A stretch of DNA of 63,895 nt, counting the filler, from Choristocarpus tenellus KU-1152 (lineage: Eukaryota; Protista; Phaeophyceae): assembly GCA_964200185.2 (NCBI GenBank). It is 11 parts of 11 records of this genome, joined end to end, with 100 filler letters (N's around TTAATTAATTAA, not from the genome) between each part and the next. Parts side by side here need not be neighbours in the genome. Positions count along the whole stretch, not along the records: positions 36,706 to 41,935 come from CAXNAD020011417.1; positions 42,036 to 48,705 come from CAXNAD020007604.1; positions 48,806 to 53,996 come from CAXNAD020011563.1; 8 more parts are not named here. The stretch is one strand, 5' to 3'. The first letter of the stretch is position 1; each line of letters starts with the position of its first letter. The notes under the pieces were generated by a model. That model ran no database searches. It was not told where the DNA came from and saw nothing but the letters and a program-made list of their open reading frames with translations. The translations under genes and the position numbers were made by a program. Positions 37,422 through 52,400 of this stretch are shown one piece after another.

Positions 37422-40400
37422 CTGTCTCACTGCTGTCACTGGTGCTTTATGTCCTTTCATTGTTCCTATCCTCTCCAGGCGTTCCATATCCCAGGCGATG
37501 ATTTCCCAGTCAAAGCCAGCACTTAAAAGGGTGCCCTGCTCGTATGAAAGCACTTGGACCCCTAGGTTGTGATCACGGAATGTTTTGCGTAGCTTCCAGT
37601 CTGGCATCTTTGGAATCATGGGAGTATGAGTGTTGACCATAGACAAAGGCACTTGTGAGTCACGAGAGTGCAAATCATCTCAAGGTGGGAGGTGAGACAA
37701 GGAGACTCATCAACTTTGTAAGTTCCGATCTTCATCCGAGTTTGTGATGTACAGATAATGAGTTTGGAGAAGAAAAAAAAACACTGTGATTCACTCCATC
37801 AAAACAGCAGCCCCTCCCTTTTTCCCCTGTTGCTACCATTCCCTGGTCCTTACCATTGACTTCTTACCGTGGTACCTATTGTCCACCAGTTTCCTGTTGT
37901 CGTTTTGTCCCCTCCAATTCAACACCATAGGTCACCACACATTCTGGATTTCGTCGCCCCCCCATCCCTAGCTACAGCTCTGAGGGATAAAAAATATTTT
38001 GTGACGTTTTTTCTGTTGTGTCTTGTGCCATATACACAATGAACAATGGGATATGGAATTTGCTTGCTTATAGGGCCGTTACAGCAAATGACTCCATGCA
38101 TTTATCAAGCAGGCCGTGCCTCTTGGGTGCTACAACTTACCCTAGATTTCGTACAAAACGATTGTTTTTTCGATTGAGTGTCATACCAGGATAAGTGGAT
38201 AGGACATGCCGCACAGTTTTGAATAATTATATTTGTACCGGAAGAACATTCTGTGTGTCACAATCAATCGATAAGGTTTATTCATGGTGAACTCCAGTGC
38301 CCCTTTGATCTTCATTTTTTCTTGTATTCATTGCCACCTCAAGTGAACAGAGTCCTTAGTCAAGAACATTACTCCAAGAGAGTCACCCTAGGAGTGTGAG
38401 TGCACAATATTCAAGCTATGGAGTATCAGGGAGGTTAAGAATTAGACCAATGTCAAGATACGGCTGACTGCTCAGGTTCCAATCTGGTAACTGTTCGGTG
38501 CAGTTTTTTTCTGTACCTTAAGGAAAGCTAGGGAGGTATTGATGAGAAAGGGGTCACCTGCCAAACACATACACGCTTGTCAAGGGAACTGGTCACAACA
38601 GTTTCCTTCTCCTGGATGGAGATGATATCTGTGATTGCCTTGTTGTGCTCTGCTCGGAGGTAGATGCGGTGAGCTCCCCCACTCATGTCATCAAGCTAAG
38701 TAGGGTAGAGTTTTTTTTTAAGAGTTCCAGTGAGGTCAAGGTATGTATGTGTTACAGGTCCAGCAAGTCTTCGGATATGGCACACATCAGTCCGGGAAAA
38801 GAGGTATTGACATATGCAAGAAGGCATGTGGAGAGACTGTTCAAATCAAAGAGGAAGAACGACTGCAGCACTTGTTCACTCTAACAAGGAAACTAGCCAT
38901 TTCACACTCCGAGGAAGAGGTTGCATACTTGCGCATTGAAATGTAGCTCATTGACTTATTATTTTCTCTGCCGAAGTATTGTCATACCTCATTACAGCTC
39001 CCAGTGTTACAGCAGGTCTTACAGCCATCAGATCCATGGTCTATTCATTTTGTCAAGTATAACTTAAGCATATGGGAAGAATTGTGTTTTTCTGCCAGAG
39101 TCTACTATCAGACTCTGCCACACTCTAACAGAATGTTAATTCATTGGTAGGATGAAAGTGTTCTCCAGAGTGTGTACGGACCTTCCACTGGTACAGGTGG
39201 TTGTCGGTACCAATGGAGATGAGTATCTGGAAGCATGGTTCCCAGAGGAGCTTTGTGTGCATGAGCTGGTGCATCACCTTAGCCTAGAGTCAATGGAGTG
39301 TAGGATCCAATTGTGGGATGAGGTAAACACTGCGCAGACTGGTTGGACTGGGCCATATCTACTCTAAGTGGAACACAACGTCAAAAGGATACTGATTATC
39401 GATAGGCAAACATGTGAATGACAGGGAAATGTGTACAGTTGTGGGGGTTTGTTGTGTAATTTGACCATGGCCAGATTTTGATGATGACTTACACTCTACT
39501 CAAAATGTTCCAAGCAACGATCTTTTCTTATGCAAACAGGTCCCTAGGTTGACATTTTCAAAAAATCAAGTGCAAGGTACACCAAAACTGGATAACTAAC
39601 TAAGGAAGGTCAGAGCGAACTATTTCGACTATTCCACCGCTTTGACACCCCAAACAGTGAAGGTGAATACCTCACCTCACATTGGTAGCCATGCGTAACT
39701 CCTCTTCTGTCCTTGATCTCACGCATGAGATTTACGCTGTGATCACTGCAGGCCTTCCTCACATAAATTATTGTTAGTCAAAGATGCGTGGGATGATATT
39801 GGGTGGAGCGTGGTGGCAGAAAAGGGTATGCTACTGCTTTTAACACTGAAGTGGCTGAACACTGCAGTCAGGCAAGCCAAAGAATGTTTTCAAGGTATGT
39901 GAAATAGGGAGATGGAAGGAAGCTGATCTCTACTCTACCCTTCCCTTTCCTGGAGCACAATGTTAGATGCAGTGCTGAAAATTTGGTTCAGGGGAAGACG
40001 CAAGAGCTCTTCTATCCCTTTGATCACACTTACATTCCCCTAGTGTCTGTTCAACAGAAAGACAACATTAGCACCCTGAACTGGGCTCGAAGTGATAGTT
40101 TTGTGGGTGCAATATGTATGATCTTGATCAGTCTGGGACCCTGACTCTTCCCCTGAATTCCTCTGCCAACAACCCCCATGTGAGTTGTTGTCTTGCCACC
40201 AAACTCTCTTGACCTCACACCCTGGAAGAGCTCACCACTGCTAGGTAGCGGCCCGGGATGTGGGCCACAGCATTGATGGAAATATTGGCCCCCTCAACAA
40301 AATAGGGGTCCATGAACTCATACTGATGGTGAGGTTTGCCCGTAGTGTCCAATGCCTTGAGAGGAAATGTTTGTTGGGAGCAGAATGTAGGGTTTTTGAG

Positions 40401-41350
40401 ACTATTATCTTCCATAAAGGAGCTGATAGGTGGGGTGGTTGTGAAGCAACAAGATTTGAGAGTGTTGGAGTTGACACAGAATGGAAAGCACTTGGAGGTA
40501 GATACTGGTTGTGGTGCTTATTGCTGCCTTCACGAACATAATTATCATGTTAGTCATGGTGCTGTCCTCTCATGCCTATTGCTCATTAGTTGCAAGGTAT
40601 TCAAGATATATCTTGAATTGCATTGTCCATTCCTCATGTAGGATCATCAAAGCACCCACGCCCACATCCAGGTGAACCAGAAGAACAAGCTAGACGTTCA
40701 AGAATGAAGCCCTGATCATTTTCCTCTTAGATAGTCATTAGCAACTCCAGTTGACCTTGAGCACATTGGAGTCCACATCGGCAAAATAGATGCGTTGTAA
40801 TTCTGGCACGTAAGCCATGAAGGCCACACCAGGTGGATGCCCTCTCCTGGGAGAAGTGGTGGGAGTTGGGTTGACAATACTGGAAAGTAAGAAATTGCTA
40901 TGGAAGAGTGGGAGAGCAAGGCTATCAAATCTAAAATTACCTGCCATGTGTTGAAGCAGTCTGTGACACTATAAGTTTTGCAATAGTTTTGCTTGAGATG
41001 GGAATGGGGGGTTGCTGATTGACTGACCATCATGAAGAGAGACAAAATTTATATCATCTTGGGAATTGCCATATTTCTCAGATAAGTCAGCCCCTGTCAT
41101 TACTGTATTTCAACCAAGACATGGTGAATGTTCCCTCCCCCCCCCGCCCCTTCCCTCACTCTTCTGACTTGGAGCCCTTGCCAGCAAATGGATCTTTGAT
41201 ATTGCTGTGGTTCACTCTCTCAAACACAATGTCAAAATCATCAGGTTGAAATGCAGTGGAATTTGCAGTTTTCCCATTTATGATACCCAGCTCGATACAG
41301 AAAGAGGTGAACTCTTCCCAGTCAACAAATCCATTAGCATTGACATCTTT
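37422..41350 (-). CDS. EF-hand + WD40 repeat protein (WDR49/WDR64/EFCAB8-like architecture), internal exons
   Basis: Exons: DVNANGFVDWEEFTSFCIE (~41350-41159), GVAFMAYVPELQRIYFADVDSNVLK, INAVAHIPGRYLAVVSS, ACSDHSVNL, ISIGTDNHLYQWK, EHNKAITDII..VVTSSLDKRVCVWQ, HNLGV..LLSAGFDWEIIAWD..GHKAPV. Confidence 0.8.
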
Positions 41351-41865
41351 CTTGGCCAGAGGTGCAATGAAAAGGGAAAGGCGAGGGAAGGGCAAAAAGG
41401 TCCAGGGTGAAGGTCTTGTATTAGGACACTGAATGTGTGGGGTAGGCATTGGCTACAGGGAAAAACAATACTGTGACACTTACTTCAAAGCCATTTTTCT
41501 TCTACAGCATTCAATACCAATCCATTCATGCAATGGTAGCCTCTTGTCAAGGTGGTGTAACTGGACATTTTCTTTTATAGAAATGGTCGGTGGGATGTTG
41601 TGCCATCTCAATGGTTGAGTTCTATCATATTGTTTGGCACAAAACAAGCAGATGCCATATTTTTTTAATCAATCATATATGCTTCAAGTCCGCAATCCGT
41701 CAGTGTTGCTTGACAAAACAGATGTGGCAGATGTCGCAATTACACACAGGGAATATGTGTTGTTCCCTGAAAACAAGGCGGACGCAGGAGCAATTGACTG
41801 CAAGGATGTAAATGTGGATTCCGACTCTTGCTGCATAATGAAGGTTGTCAGAACATTATAAGTTT

Positions 41866-41935
41866 GGCTCAAAGTATCTGGGGGTGTGTGGTGGCTGTCC
41901 ATTTGGGGTCAATTTTTTCATGTCGCGATTTTTGG
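41866..41935. mobile_element. MITE family B, partial copy at contig end
   Basis: ggctcaaagtatctgggggtgtgtggtggctgtccatttgggg. Confidence 0.85.
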
Positions 41936-42035
41936 NNNNNNNNNNNNNNNNNNNNNNNNNNNNNNNNNNNNNNNNNNNNTTAATTAATTAANNNNNNNNN
42001 NNNNNNNNNNNNNNNNNNNNNNNNNNNNNNNNNNN

Positions 42036-43230
42036 TGAACCCACGAGACACATGGGAGAGGATGAGGTACGTTGCATCCCCGTACACCTGGTACTAGAAA
42101 TCCTGCCCCAGCTACAACATGGCTAACCTGTGGTTTAATCTACTTTCTCGTAAAGTGTGCGCATCGTGTCTGTGGCCATGCATAGGCCCATATAGGTCTC
42201 CCATCATCCCATCCGGGAGCTCCACAGACTGGAACCCAAGCCCATGTGCCCTGTGGTGGCCGTCTCTAGACCTCCTGCTGCAAGTCTAGCTCCGTGGGCC
42301 CACCTAGCCGGCACATGCGCTGAAGTGTCCCGTCTACAAATCCTATGATCATAGATCCCGAATAGGTAACTCCTCCTAGATGGTCGCCAACACGCATATT
42401 TGAAGGGGTTTGAAGTCAGGGCAGCAGCAAGTTGCGCTATCAAGGGTCAATACAAGAGCTGTTCAAGCATCTGGACTTCAACACAAATTGCACACCCACA
42501 GAAATACTCGAGACAGCAACCCCACCTTTGCCTTCTATAGCCGCTGCCATCTGAGGGAAGAACGGCGCAAAGAACCCAAGGTTGTCCTGGATGCGATCCC
42601 AGTAAGTCTGCCATACCCAGTCCATGACCGTGTTGAAGAGACGACTCAGTTCACTGTACTCAATCCCGAATTCCTCTTCCAGGTCAACCAAGCGTCCTGG
42701 GTATCTCAGCCTCCTAATCAGCAATAGGAAGCCCTCACCCCCCGTAAACAGACTGCCATTCTTGCAACGGAACACAGGCGGGAACTGCATGACTTCAAAC
42801 AGCTGACGGAGGTGTTCTGCGGCACCTGAACCTCACCCAGGTCTCCCGAATGCCCTCCAGCGTAACATAAGAGCGGGGGTCTAGGCAGGGTATGGTCTAT
42901 TTGGATAACACACATGTGACCGAGAAGGACCTCGACTATCTCAAACAAATCCTTGCCCCCTCTCCTTCACCCACAATCATCAACATCGCTGCGAGCCTCT
43001 TGTACCTACCAATAAGTACACCCTCGGCCGCACAGAGAGCCCTGTGCTGCAAGTGCAGGGAGATGTTGCGGATGTTTCTCCTCCACCTAGGGGGCCCCAT
43101 TAACTCCTCACTCCTGTCCAGCTCTGTGAAACCGTATACCAAGATGGTTGCTCTATGTCTGTTTCTAATGACCTTTTCCAATCTTCCCGCCTTAAGTGTT
43201 GCCTTGAGGGTCTTACCGAGGCAATAATGA
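42036..43230 (-). mobile_element. PIF/Harbinger-clade (DDE_Tnp_4-like) transposase pseudogene
   Basis: EGFLLLIRRLRYPGRLVDLEEEFG..SELSRLFN; GFVDGTLQRMCR; GHHRAHGLGFQSVELPDGMMGDLYGPMHGHRHDAHTLRES; VYGDATY. Confidence 0.85.
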
Positions 43231-44243
43231 CTTTCACTATCGTTTTACACTAGAAATTGGAAACTTGATCAAATTTGGTAATGAAAAACACTACCATCAG
43301 AAATCGGGGTAATGCATAAAGCATTCCGATAGCGAATTTCATTTTGCGCACTCTTATTATGCCCTCTAACATTTTGCTATTGTTTCCAACTAGAAATGAG
43401 AAATTTCATAACATTTGGTAATGAAAAACACTACAATGTTGGCAGTTGCCTCCTGCATCAACTTTGTCGTGCCATAACTTTTGATCAACAACATTTTTTC
43501 ATGAAAATTAATTTGTTGTGATCGCATCAGCATGGTTAACCTTTTTTGATGGGTTTCGGTTGGTCAACTTACAATAATCGTGAGAAATACAGAGCCATAT
43601 TTAAATCAAGTAGACCGCGCGCACGTTTCGCACGGGGGAGAGGGGGTGCGCGCGAACCGCGCATTTAAGGATGATTTTGACGCCACAAGAGGTCATCTTC
43701 ATCCGGAGAACGTGGGCGTTGTTGTCTCTCCGTTCTCTTTCCATTATTTCCTGTTTATGCGATGTTGTCACCTGCTGGCTAAGGCTCACTCATGGNNNNN
43801 NNNNNCACTCATGGGGGCCCAGGCCTCTGAACCAGACAATCCATGCCATGTCAAATGAGGTATTCTGAAGGTGCAGGCCTCTTGTGAGACTTAAATGTCT
43901 TGTACACCCTGTTCAATTTGGTGCACTTCATGCCTTTCTCATTGGAATATATGAGGTGGTAAGCAAAACTCATCCTGAAGAACCTCTCCACAATTACTCT
44001 GGACTAGCCCTCTTCATCCTTAAGACTGACAGGAATGTTGGCTCTCATTCCAGGCAACGTGTAGTCACGTGCCGTCGTACATAGTACTTTGCCCGCCCCC
44101 ATACCATCCCTATCGGGTTCAATTCTCAGTGGTATTTTGGAAGCACCAAGCAGCGTCTTCCATGAAGCTCAACCAGAATCGTGTCCTGTGAGTGGCTTAA
44201 GCAGTATTAAGCCGAGGTTTGCCCACGTGCCGTTTTGGCGGTT

Positions 44244-44556
44244 ACCAATCTTGATTTTTTGAAAAGGTTGGCCAACGAGTTAATCGACGATCAGTATATC
44301 ATATGGAAGCTCTGGATCTAAGCTATCACCGGTGCAAAGGAATGCTTTCGGAAAAATATGTTTAGTCGTGATAATTCATTCCGGAACATTTCCAAGGTTG
44401 TGCCGAAACCATTCGGCTAAAATTTAACCTTACCAATTTTTTTTCCGAAAGAATTCCTTTCCACCAATGATAGCTTAGATCCAGAGCTCTCGTTTGATAT
44501 GCTCATCGTTGTTTAACTCGTTGGTCAACCCTTTCTTTACAAAAATCAAGACTGGT
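44244..44556. mobile_element. Foldback MITE
   Basis: ~115-bp inverted arms including gctctggatctaagctatca / tgatagcttagatccagagc and aacgagttaa / ttaactcgtt. Confidence 0.85.
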
Positions 44557-45198
44557 CTCATCCTAGAGGCGACTGCCAACACTGTACGAGTAGAAAATGG
44601 GGCGATAAAACTTTCGATAGTGAATTTCATTTTGCGACACTCAACTGAAGTATTATATTTTACTACACAAATGTTATCATCCAGATTTAGAAAGTTTCTG
44701 AAATCAACAGATAAGAAATAATAATAGTAATGGACTTATATACAATATGAAATTTTTCTATTTGGGGTTTGCCAGTTTCAATTATTTTCGTTGAGAAGTT
44801 TCTGAAAGGAAGGGGCGAGGTAGATAAACAATGAACCCACTTATCAAGTATATTGGTTGAGAACGTGGACTTTACAGGAGTGCAGTGCAATATATATAGA
44901 GAGTGTGCGAGATAGATAGATAGAGAGAGAAATATGTGGATATTTGGAAACGATGCTTGGGCTTGAACGGTGGTACCTTCCATGGCATGTTTTTGACAAG
45001 GTTTGCTTTTCAATGACATACATACCCGAAATACATTTCACCTTGTCCAAGCAATTTTCGATGAGGTCTAGTCATGTAGATGTACTTGAAAGTCAAGCTT
45101 ACCACTATGTGCTTGGATTCGATGATTGTCGTTAATTAGCTCACTTCGTGCAGTATTTCCATGACAGAACCGCTGAAGGTGTGGTTCAAGAGGAGAAA

Positions 45199-46396
45199 AT
45201 GCTGATGAGACCTTATCAAGACATCCCTTCGATGAAGCACCAGATCTCTGGTGACTCATCGAAGAAGGTACGACGAAGGTCAGTCGGCCATGTGAACAAT
45301 ATGTACGGGGGGATGGCAACACTCGCTGCGGGTTTTGTCATTGCGTTCATGTGGGTACAGCACGCTGTCCTTCGCTCGGAAACGATTTCTGTAAGGGGGA
45401 CGCCAATAGCTGAGGGGGGCACAGAGAGATGGAAGGGAGACAAATGGAACACTCATAATGACGGTTCCGAACTGTTGAATCTCTTAGCTAGAGCAGAGAC
45501 CCTTGAGGCGGAATTATTGCGAAAAAGGAATCAACTGGGTTTATCTTTTGATGTTAAGTTGGACGATGGCATAACGGGGGTTGCTTTGGGCAGCACTCTA
45601 AGGGATCTACTCGGGGCAGCTTCAACCCCAGTAAAGCGACATATTAATGGAGAATACCAGGGTGTTACATCAACGAATGAGTATCAGGTCGAAGAACACG
45701 CGTCGCCCACAGGCCGTTCAACACCTGGTTCATTAGCCCTAACAAAGGAAGAAGGGGACAATGTACCGTTTGGTCTTCCCGGCGAACCGATGTTTGGCCC
45801 CACACAGGCTCGTCGAGTGATTTCCAATGATCCTGCCATTATCCGACATCCAGTACCGCTGGTGGTTGGGGGAACAGATGGATCGGGGACGCGCGGAGTG
45901 GTGGCGCTGCTGCAACGATTGGGAGTTCCCATGGTCATTGAGGATGGTGGTACACTGGATGTACATGGTGCACCATACATGGCCAAAGAGGGGTGGCCGG
46001 AGCTTGTGCAACCGATACTAGAGTGGTCACATGGGTCGAATTACGAAACCTCGGATGCATCAATGACCCTACGCTCTACCACACTCATGGCAGTGGACAG
46101 ATTATTCACTAAGATGAAGAAGGTACACTTTTGTTCTTGTCAGAGTTTGCTCTAGGTTCAGTAGACTGAGTGACTTAGTCTGTATCGTGCCCTTTCCACT
46201 CAGTACAATTTAGCTGGACGGTACAACTACTAAGCTGCTGTATTTGATCTGATAGTCAGGTAGTGGTTAGTCGTCACAGGTTTTGTCATAACATTGACCT
46301 ATGGTTTCACTGTATCTGTTGGCGTGTTCTTCTACTGTGCCTGTATCTTCCAGGCTAACCTCTTTTTGCCTATGATACTTCCAGAGTCGATCGTTC

Positions 46397-46427
<31 letters not shown>

Positions 46428-47372
46428 CCTTGCCGATTGTGGACTATCACATGATAATATTGCTAACCCCCTTACTCATGGTGTTGATTTTTTAATTTCC
46501 CTCTGTTGCCACATGCAGTCCGCACAAAAGGTCCACACTCTGCCAGAGAAAACTGCTAGCTATGTAAGCTGGGGACTCAAGGCTCCTGTGTCTATGATTT
46601 TAGTTCCCTTCTTCACAGAGGCATGGGGAAATGAAGGGTTCAAGTTCTTACATGTGGTTCGTGATGGACGCGACCTTGCCTTTTCAGGTAACCAAACACC
46701 TGTTGAGAAGTTCTTTGATACCACATTTTCTAATCAAGGTAAGGATTTGGAGGCTCCCCTGAAGGCCATTAGGTTGTGGAACAAGTGGAATACTGGGCTG
46801 TACGAGTGGGCCAAGCAGAAGCAGGTTCACGGAACAGGTCTTGACTACCTCCTGCTCCACACAGAAGATCTCCTGGACCCAGAACACAATGTAAGGCCCC
46901 CTCATGGTCCTGATTTTCAGTTTTTGACCAACGTTTGATGGATATAGAGAATAAGTCGTGACATTTTAATTGAAGTCTCTGTGCTGAATACCCTTTGTTG
47001 CTTGTAGTGAGTGTAACTGTGTCTCCTGCTGATACAGACCTCCATTTGCAAGCAAGATCGGCCTGCCTTCAACAATCTTTTGTACCATAACACCTAGTAG
47101 ACAGTCTCCCCCTGTCATCTCATTGAGACCGGCGCGGTAGCCCTACCTGACTCTTGCCCCCCACTCCATCCTCCCTTCCTCACTCCTCCTCCCCTTTACC
47201 TGGCCAAGAACAGTTTGCGGCAGTGAAGGACGTGGCAGAGTTTGTTGGATCCCCCCTGTCTGACAAAGACCTTTGCTGTATTGCCTTGGAGAAAACAAGG
47301 GACATGGGCTCTCACAGCAAGACGAAGGAGGAGAGAGCTGTTGGTGTCACCAGTAGGTTTGGAAAGTGGAAG
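45199..47372 (+). CDS. Membrane-anchored P-loop sulfotransferase-like protein (Sulfotransfer_3-like); 3' end unresolved
   Basis: Exons 45199-46122, 46519-46890, 47214-47372. TM segment, then LVVGGTDGSGTRGV (5'-PSB-like), WGLKAP, FLHVVRDGRDLAFS (3'-PB-like), LHTEDL and SRFGKWK. Confidence 0.8.
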
Positions 47373-49479
47373 GTGCGGGGGAGGCTTGAAGTTGGGGTAG
47401 ATGGAAAGACATAGGGTTAGGGCTAGGGTGAAATTCAGGGTTAATGGAAAGGTTGGGGAGGGTAGGATGGAACAAGAGGCATTGGGCTAGGATAAAGGCA
47501 TACAGCGTTTCCGATTGACTGGGTATTGTTTGTATGTGTGTGTGACGGGATCTGTCGTGTGGGTAATTTAAATGTTGGTCGTGTGTTTTTGTGCAAGGTT
47601 TGGCATGACTTTGTTGTGATCTTATCACACTGTCGGAGGAACATATGTTGGTTTGCACAGGCGCCCTTGGTTCTTTTGCTTTTCACAGGTGAGATTTTTT
47701 TTGTCTGCGATTAGTTTTATTGAATATTTAATTTAATTTTTTTTTTTTGGCTTTTTTTCAATATTAGAAGCAGGAGGGCATGTGCATGTAGGGCAAGCGT
47801 GTGGGAGAGTTCTCTCTGCAACTTGTGATAAATTTTCTTTTTAGTATGCTGTATCCCTTAACACAAGAGCCACAACCAGAGCGCTATAAGCCAATTTTTG
47901 TGGTGCTACAATGTGATAAGAGATCAAGTTTTCAGGACATTCTGCATCAAAATACCTTTTTGACACTTCGGTCGAAATATACTTGAGAATCCACCCATAT
48001 ATTTTTTGAATGTAAAAATTTGGAATAATGATGAAGTCTTCCAGTAGCACAAAAAGGCAATCACTTCAGAAAACCACCACGTCTACCTTTCATGAATGAT
48101 GCCTGTGAATATGATGATGTGGTTGGAGGTAGTGCTTTAAGACGAGACAGAGTTCTCAAATACATTGAAGAAAGAAGGGTCACTCTACTTTGATCCTCGA
48201 GTTCAAATACCAATCTGAAGTGAGACTAAAAGTGCATTCGCTTTGAAGTGACTTTGAAGGGCTCTTGCACTCCTATACGAGATCCTGGGAAACTGACCCC
48301 TCCCNNNNNNNNNCCCCCCTCTGAATCACTGTTTTATTTGCGGTGATTTTTAAAAAGTGAGTCAATGATAAACTCTCCCAACTAGTAGTCATTTCAGCTT
48401 GTGATCGGACAGCTCTTTGTGCGTCAAATTCGAAAGAAGACTTTGATATTATTTATTCTTTGTTTATTTTATTTTATTTTATTTGTATTTTTGTATTTTT
48501 GTTGCAAGATTTTCATGTTTGGGTGTTTCAACAAAATCAAGTTCGTGGTATGGGTGTTGCGGGCATTTTAGTTGGCGTAAACGAAGGGCTTACCTCAACA
48601 AGAAAAAAAAAAATCTGTAAGGAGTTCTTGGAGAACTTGAAGGCTTAACCTAAATTCTCGAAAATTTCAGTGATCCATTTTTATGTTTCAGCTGTCTCTT
48701 ATGATNNNNNNNNNNNNNNNNNNNNNNNNNNNNNNNNNNNNNNNNNNNNTTAATTAATTAANNNNNNNNNNNNNNNNNNNNNNNNNNNNNNNNNNNNNNN
48801 NNNNNTATCCATGGCATGAGAGTGTTGGAGCTTTGGTCAAATCACTCAAGGCAATACATACTCTGAACTCCACTGCGGTATCATACTGTATGCAGTGGAT
48901 TGTTGTCAAGGTGCATCTACCTAGAAGATATTTTGACATTAACTAAATGAAGCAATACCTAGAGCATGTTACCTCTGGGGTATGAGAGAAAAAAGCTATT
49001 TTCCAGCAAAAGGGCCTTGTGATTTGAAGTATAGCATATAGAAGGCGATCGCATGCACTTTCACTGTCTTGGCAATCCAATGTGCACTTAATGGGCTTCT
49101 CAAACAGCAATTGCAGATGGGTACTGTTTGGTAAAGAAGTGAGTCATACTGACTTAAGGCAGCAGTCAATTTTCCCAGTATATATCTCCGTTGACGACTT
49201 TTAACCTTGATCTACTGTGGTTTATAAACACCCTAGAGGGATCAAAGCTTTCATCTATGAATTGCATCCTGTGCGTGGGTTTCCAGCAGCCCATATATCA
49301 AGTGTATGTAGTACCAGTGCAATTGGCACTCAACAAGCATGAGTGCAAACAAACGCCCACTGAACAGGTACCAAGAAACCTGATGAGGTGTCCAAAGTCA
49401 ATCAAGCAAGAGGTTTGACAGTTTGAAACCTTGTTTGTAGTGATACCCTTGTTTGTCTACATTCAACGTCCTGTGGCAG

Positions 49480-52400
49480 GTTGCAGAGGGAGAGTCTGAA
49501 CTCCTCATCACTGATGGGGCAAAGATTGGCCGGGCGGAGCAACTCCACATCACCTTGCTGGGTCTTTGGGCCTTCTGGGGAAAGGTTGGGCGACTGCCAA
49601 AGCCTGGAAATCGGGAGGAGGCGAAGCAGGTAGTACAGCTGGCAGATGAGGTGAGGAGGGAGAGGGTGAAACAGAAGGCATGCATTGGTGGGGTCTTGAG
49701 GATAGTGCGAATATGTGTGGAATATATATGTTGAATGTGACATAAAAAAATGAAGGTAGGAGATGTGTAAATCTTACACTTCTTTGATTCTACCTGTAAA
49801 ACAGACAACTAAGAGAGAGAGAGGGAGAGAGGGAGGGGAGAATCCTTCTGTACGCTTCAAAGTTCGCACCTACTAAACACATTTAGGGGGTTAACCATAT
49901 AGGTTAGCTTATGTCCTCCATACATTATTTATTCCTGCTCAGGATGTCACTGCCTATCTCCTCAGGGAAGAACTTTGACCTTGCTTGGATGATTGACTTG
50001 CCTCTTTCATGCTGTACTGCTCCTTCCTATATTGACCGGTTGTGTAGTGCCACTTCTAGAGGTTGCCTGTGCCTTGCAATTTAACCTCCTCTGACTAGGA
50101 TTTCTTTATTCCTTGAACGTCTCTAAGACTCATGATTGCTGTCCTCATCACCATGTTTGATTCATTGTCTCATTGCAAAAGTACTGTGCACGATTAAGAT
50201 TCTTCAGAATGATGATTTGGGGGTGAGGGGAGGAGATGCTTTGAAGTGGAGAATTTGAAGGGGTACTTTTTTTTATATCCTGGGGTTGGTTTTATTTGTG
50301 CCCTTCTCACCCTTCTTTATTCCTCCAATATTTTGCAGCACAAGAGTAGCTTTATCCACAGCACAACTATATCATTCACACGTAGTTCAGCTTTTGTGTG
50401 CTTGTGCCTGTTTTATTTGTGCTCTGGGTGATGAGGATTCTATGATCTCTTACACATGTTAATTGTGTTATAGTGTGCTTTAATCGTCTTCTCCTTAACC
50501 TTCTTTCATCCCTTCTCATTCTCATTATTTTGGTTGGCTACCTTCAGCTTGTGAATCAGTCTTAAGGCCACCACCATAATCGCATCCCCAATCCTCCATC
50601 AGCACATGTGCATACATAGTAGTAGTATGATGTGTGTACAATACGCCTATTTGCTGTTCTTGATCTACATGCGCATACATATGTGGGTTCTCTTGTCAGG
50701 TCAACTCACAACACCGTGAGCTCAACAAGATGGAGGAAGGTTCTGCACTATGCTTGGATACTCTCGATGAGGTATGTACCTATAGCAACCAACTGGAACA
50801 TGGCAGTAGAAATATCTTCCTCAAGTCACCATCAATCTACCCAAAATCTTACCCTTTTTCTTGAGGAATACAGTTCGTAGTAGTATGGTAGGGTTATGTG
50901 ACAAGAACAATGTGCAGGCATGCTTGATTCCAGCAATCTGAGCTGAGGATATCACACTAGAAATTGTTACTTAGGTTATCATCTGAGTAGATGAGTGTGC
51001 GAGAAAAGAACAAGCCCTATTCTCATTACGGCAGGGTGCAAGTGGTAGATCAGGCTTGTATCGAGATTTTTTTAACTCTTGCATGCCCACAATCCAAAAT
51101 TTGTGGTTTGGCGTGGAAAAGGGTAGGACTGCACAGTATGGTCATTGGACCCAAACACCTCGCACATGCGTCTACATGCTTCAGACTCATGCATCACACA
51201 TGCACACACACATTTATCACCCCTCAGGGATTGATTCTGAAGGTGGCCATGTATTCCTCTGTGGAGGTACAACCCCTGGCAGCATACTTTGGTGGGGTTG
51301 TTGCACAAGAGGTAATCAAGGCAACTGGAAAGTGCACTCCACTTTATCAGGCAAGACTAGGGTAACACAAAGAGTTACAAATTCTGACCTCAGCTTCCAA
51401 ACCTCCTTAGCTGTACAAGATCACTATGAAATAACTCGGATGGTGTGCTTGTTTCTCCCTGCATGATTCGTGTAGGGACAGAAATTATCTGTAATAAATT
51501 GGGTTGACTTATGACAGAGTGGTTGCATTTTGACATCGTTTCCTAATCCACATGAGCACCAGTCATTGCGACGTGCACATGGTTGGGGTTTTTGTGATAT
51601 GATGCTATTTGTTGATGATCGAATGATGGCATTGTGAGTCAGGACCAACATCCTCTGCCCCTACAATTTCATTTGGTGTGATTTGCACGGGGATCTATAA
51701 TGCAGTGGCTGCACCTGGACTTCTTGGAGATGCTTCCACAGGTGCCTCCCAAAGATAACATGCCACGAGGTGGCAGGCATGACCATCTTCTGGCACTATT
51801 TGGGGAAGAATTTCTTCATGAAACCATAATGAACGCCAGGCCCTTTGTGGTGAGCAAATGGGAAGATTAAGGCAAGGGAGACGGCTAGATATCACATTAC
51901 CCAGGTTGTGAACTGCACAACAACTATTCTTCCATTTATTCTCCAATGCACAGCCCTATTACTTTTAATCCTGCTCATTGTACAGCAGCACGGATAACTC
52001 CACAAACCAGTGGTCGGGCATCAGTCATATAGTGCCTCAAGCACATTATAGTTTGGAATACTGGTAACAAGAGGAAACGACCACCCCTACCAACCTGCCA
52101 CCCCAAAATTGACTTAGTTTGAAAGATAAGAGTTACTTCACACATTTCAACAGCACTATTTCCCACAGCCACAAATGCCCTAACTCAAAACGGTTTTGCA
52201 AAGGTTGGGTGTGGGGCACTTGGTTGCGAGTTGTTGAAGAGCTTTGCCCTGGCCGGCCTTGGCTGTGGGGACAAGGGTCTCCTCACCATCACCGACAGCA
52301 GAATCGTTGAGGTGTGTCTGGGAGTTTGTAGATAACATAGTACACAAAGTGACTGCAGCACAGCTGTTGCGCACAGTTGTCCTAGGTCAGCTTAACCGCA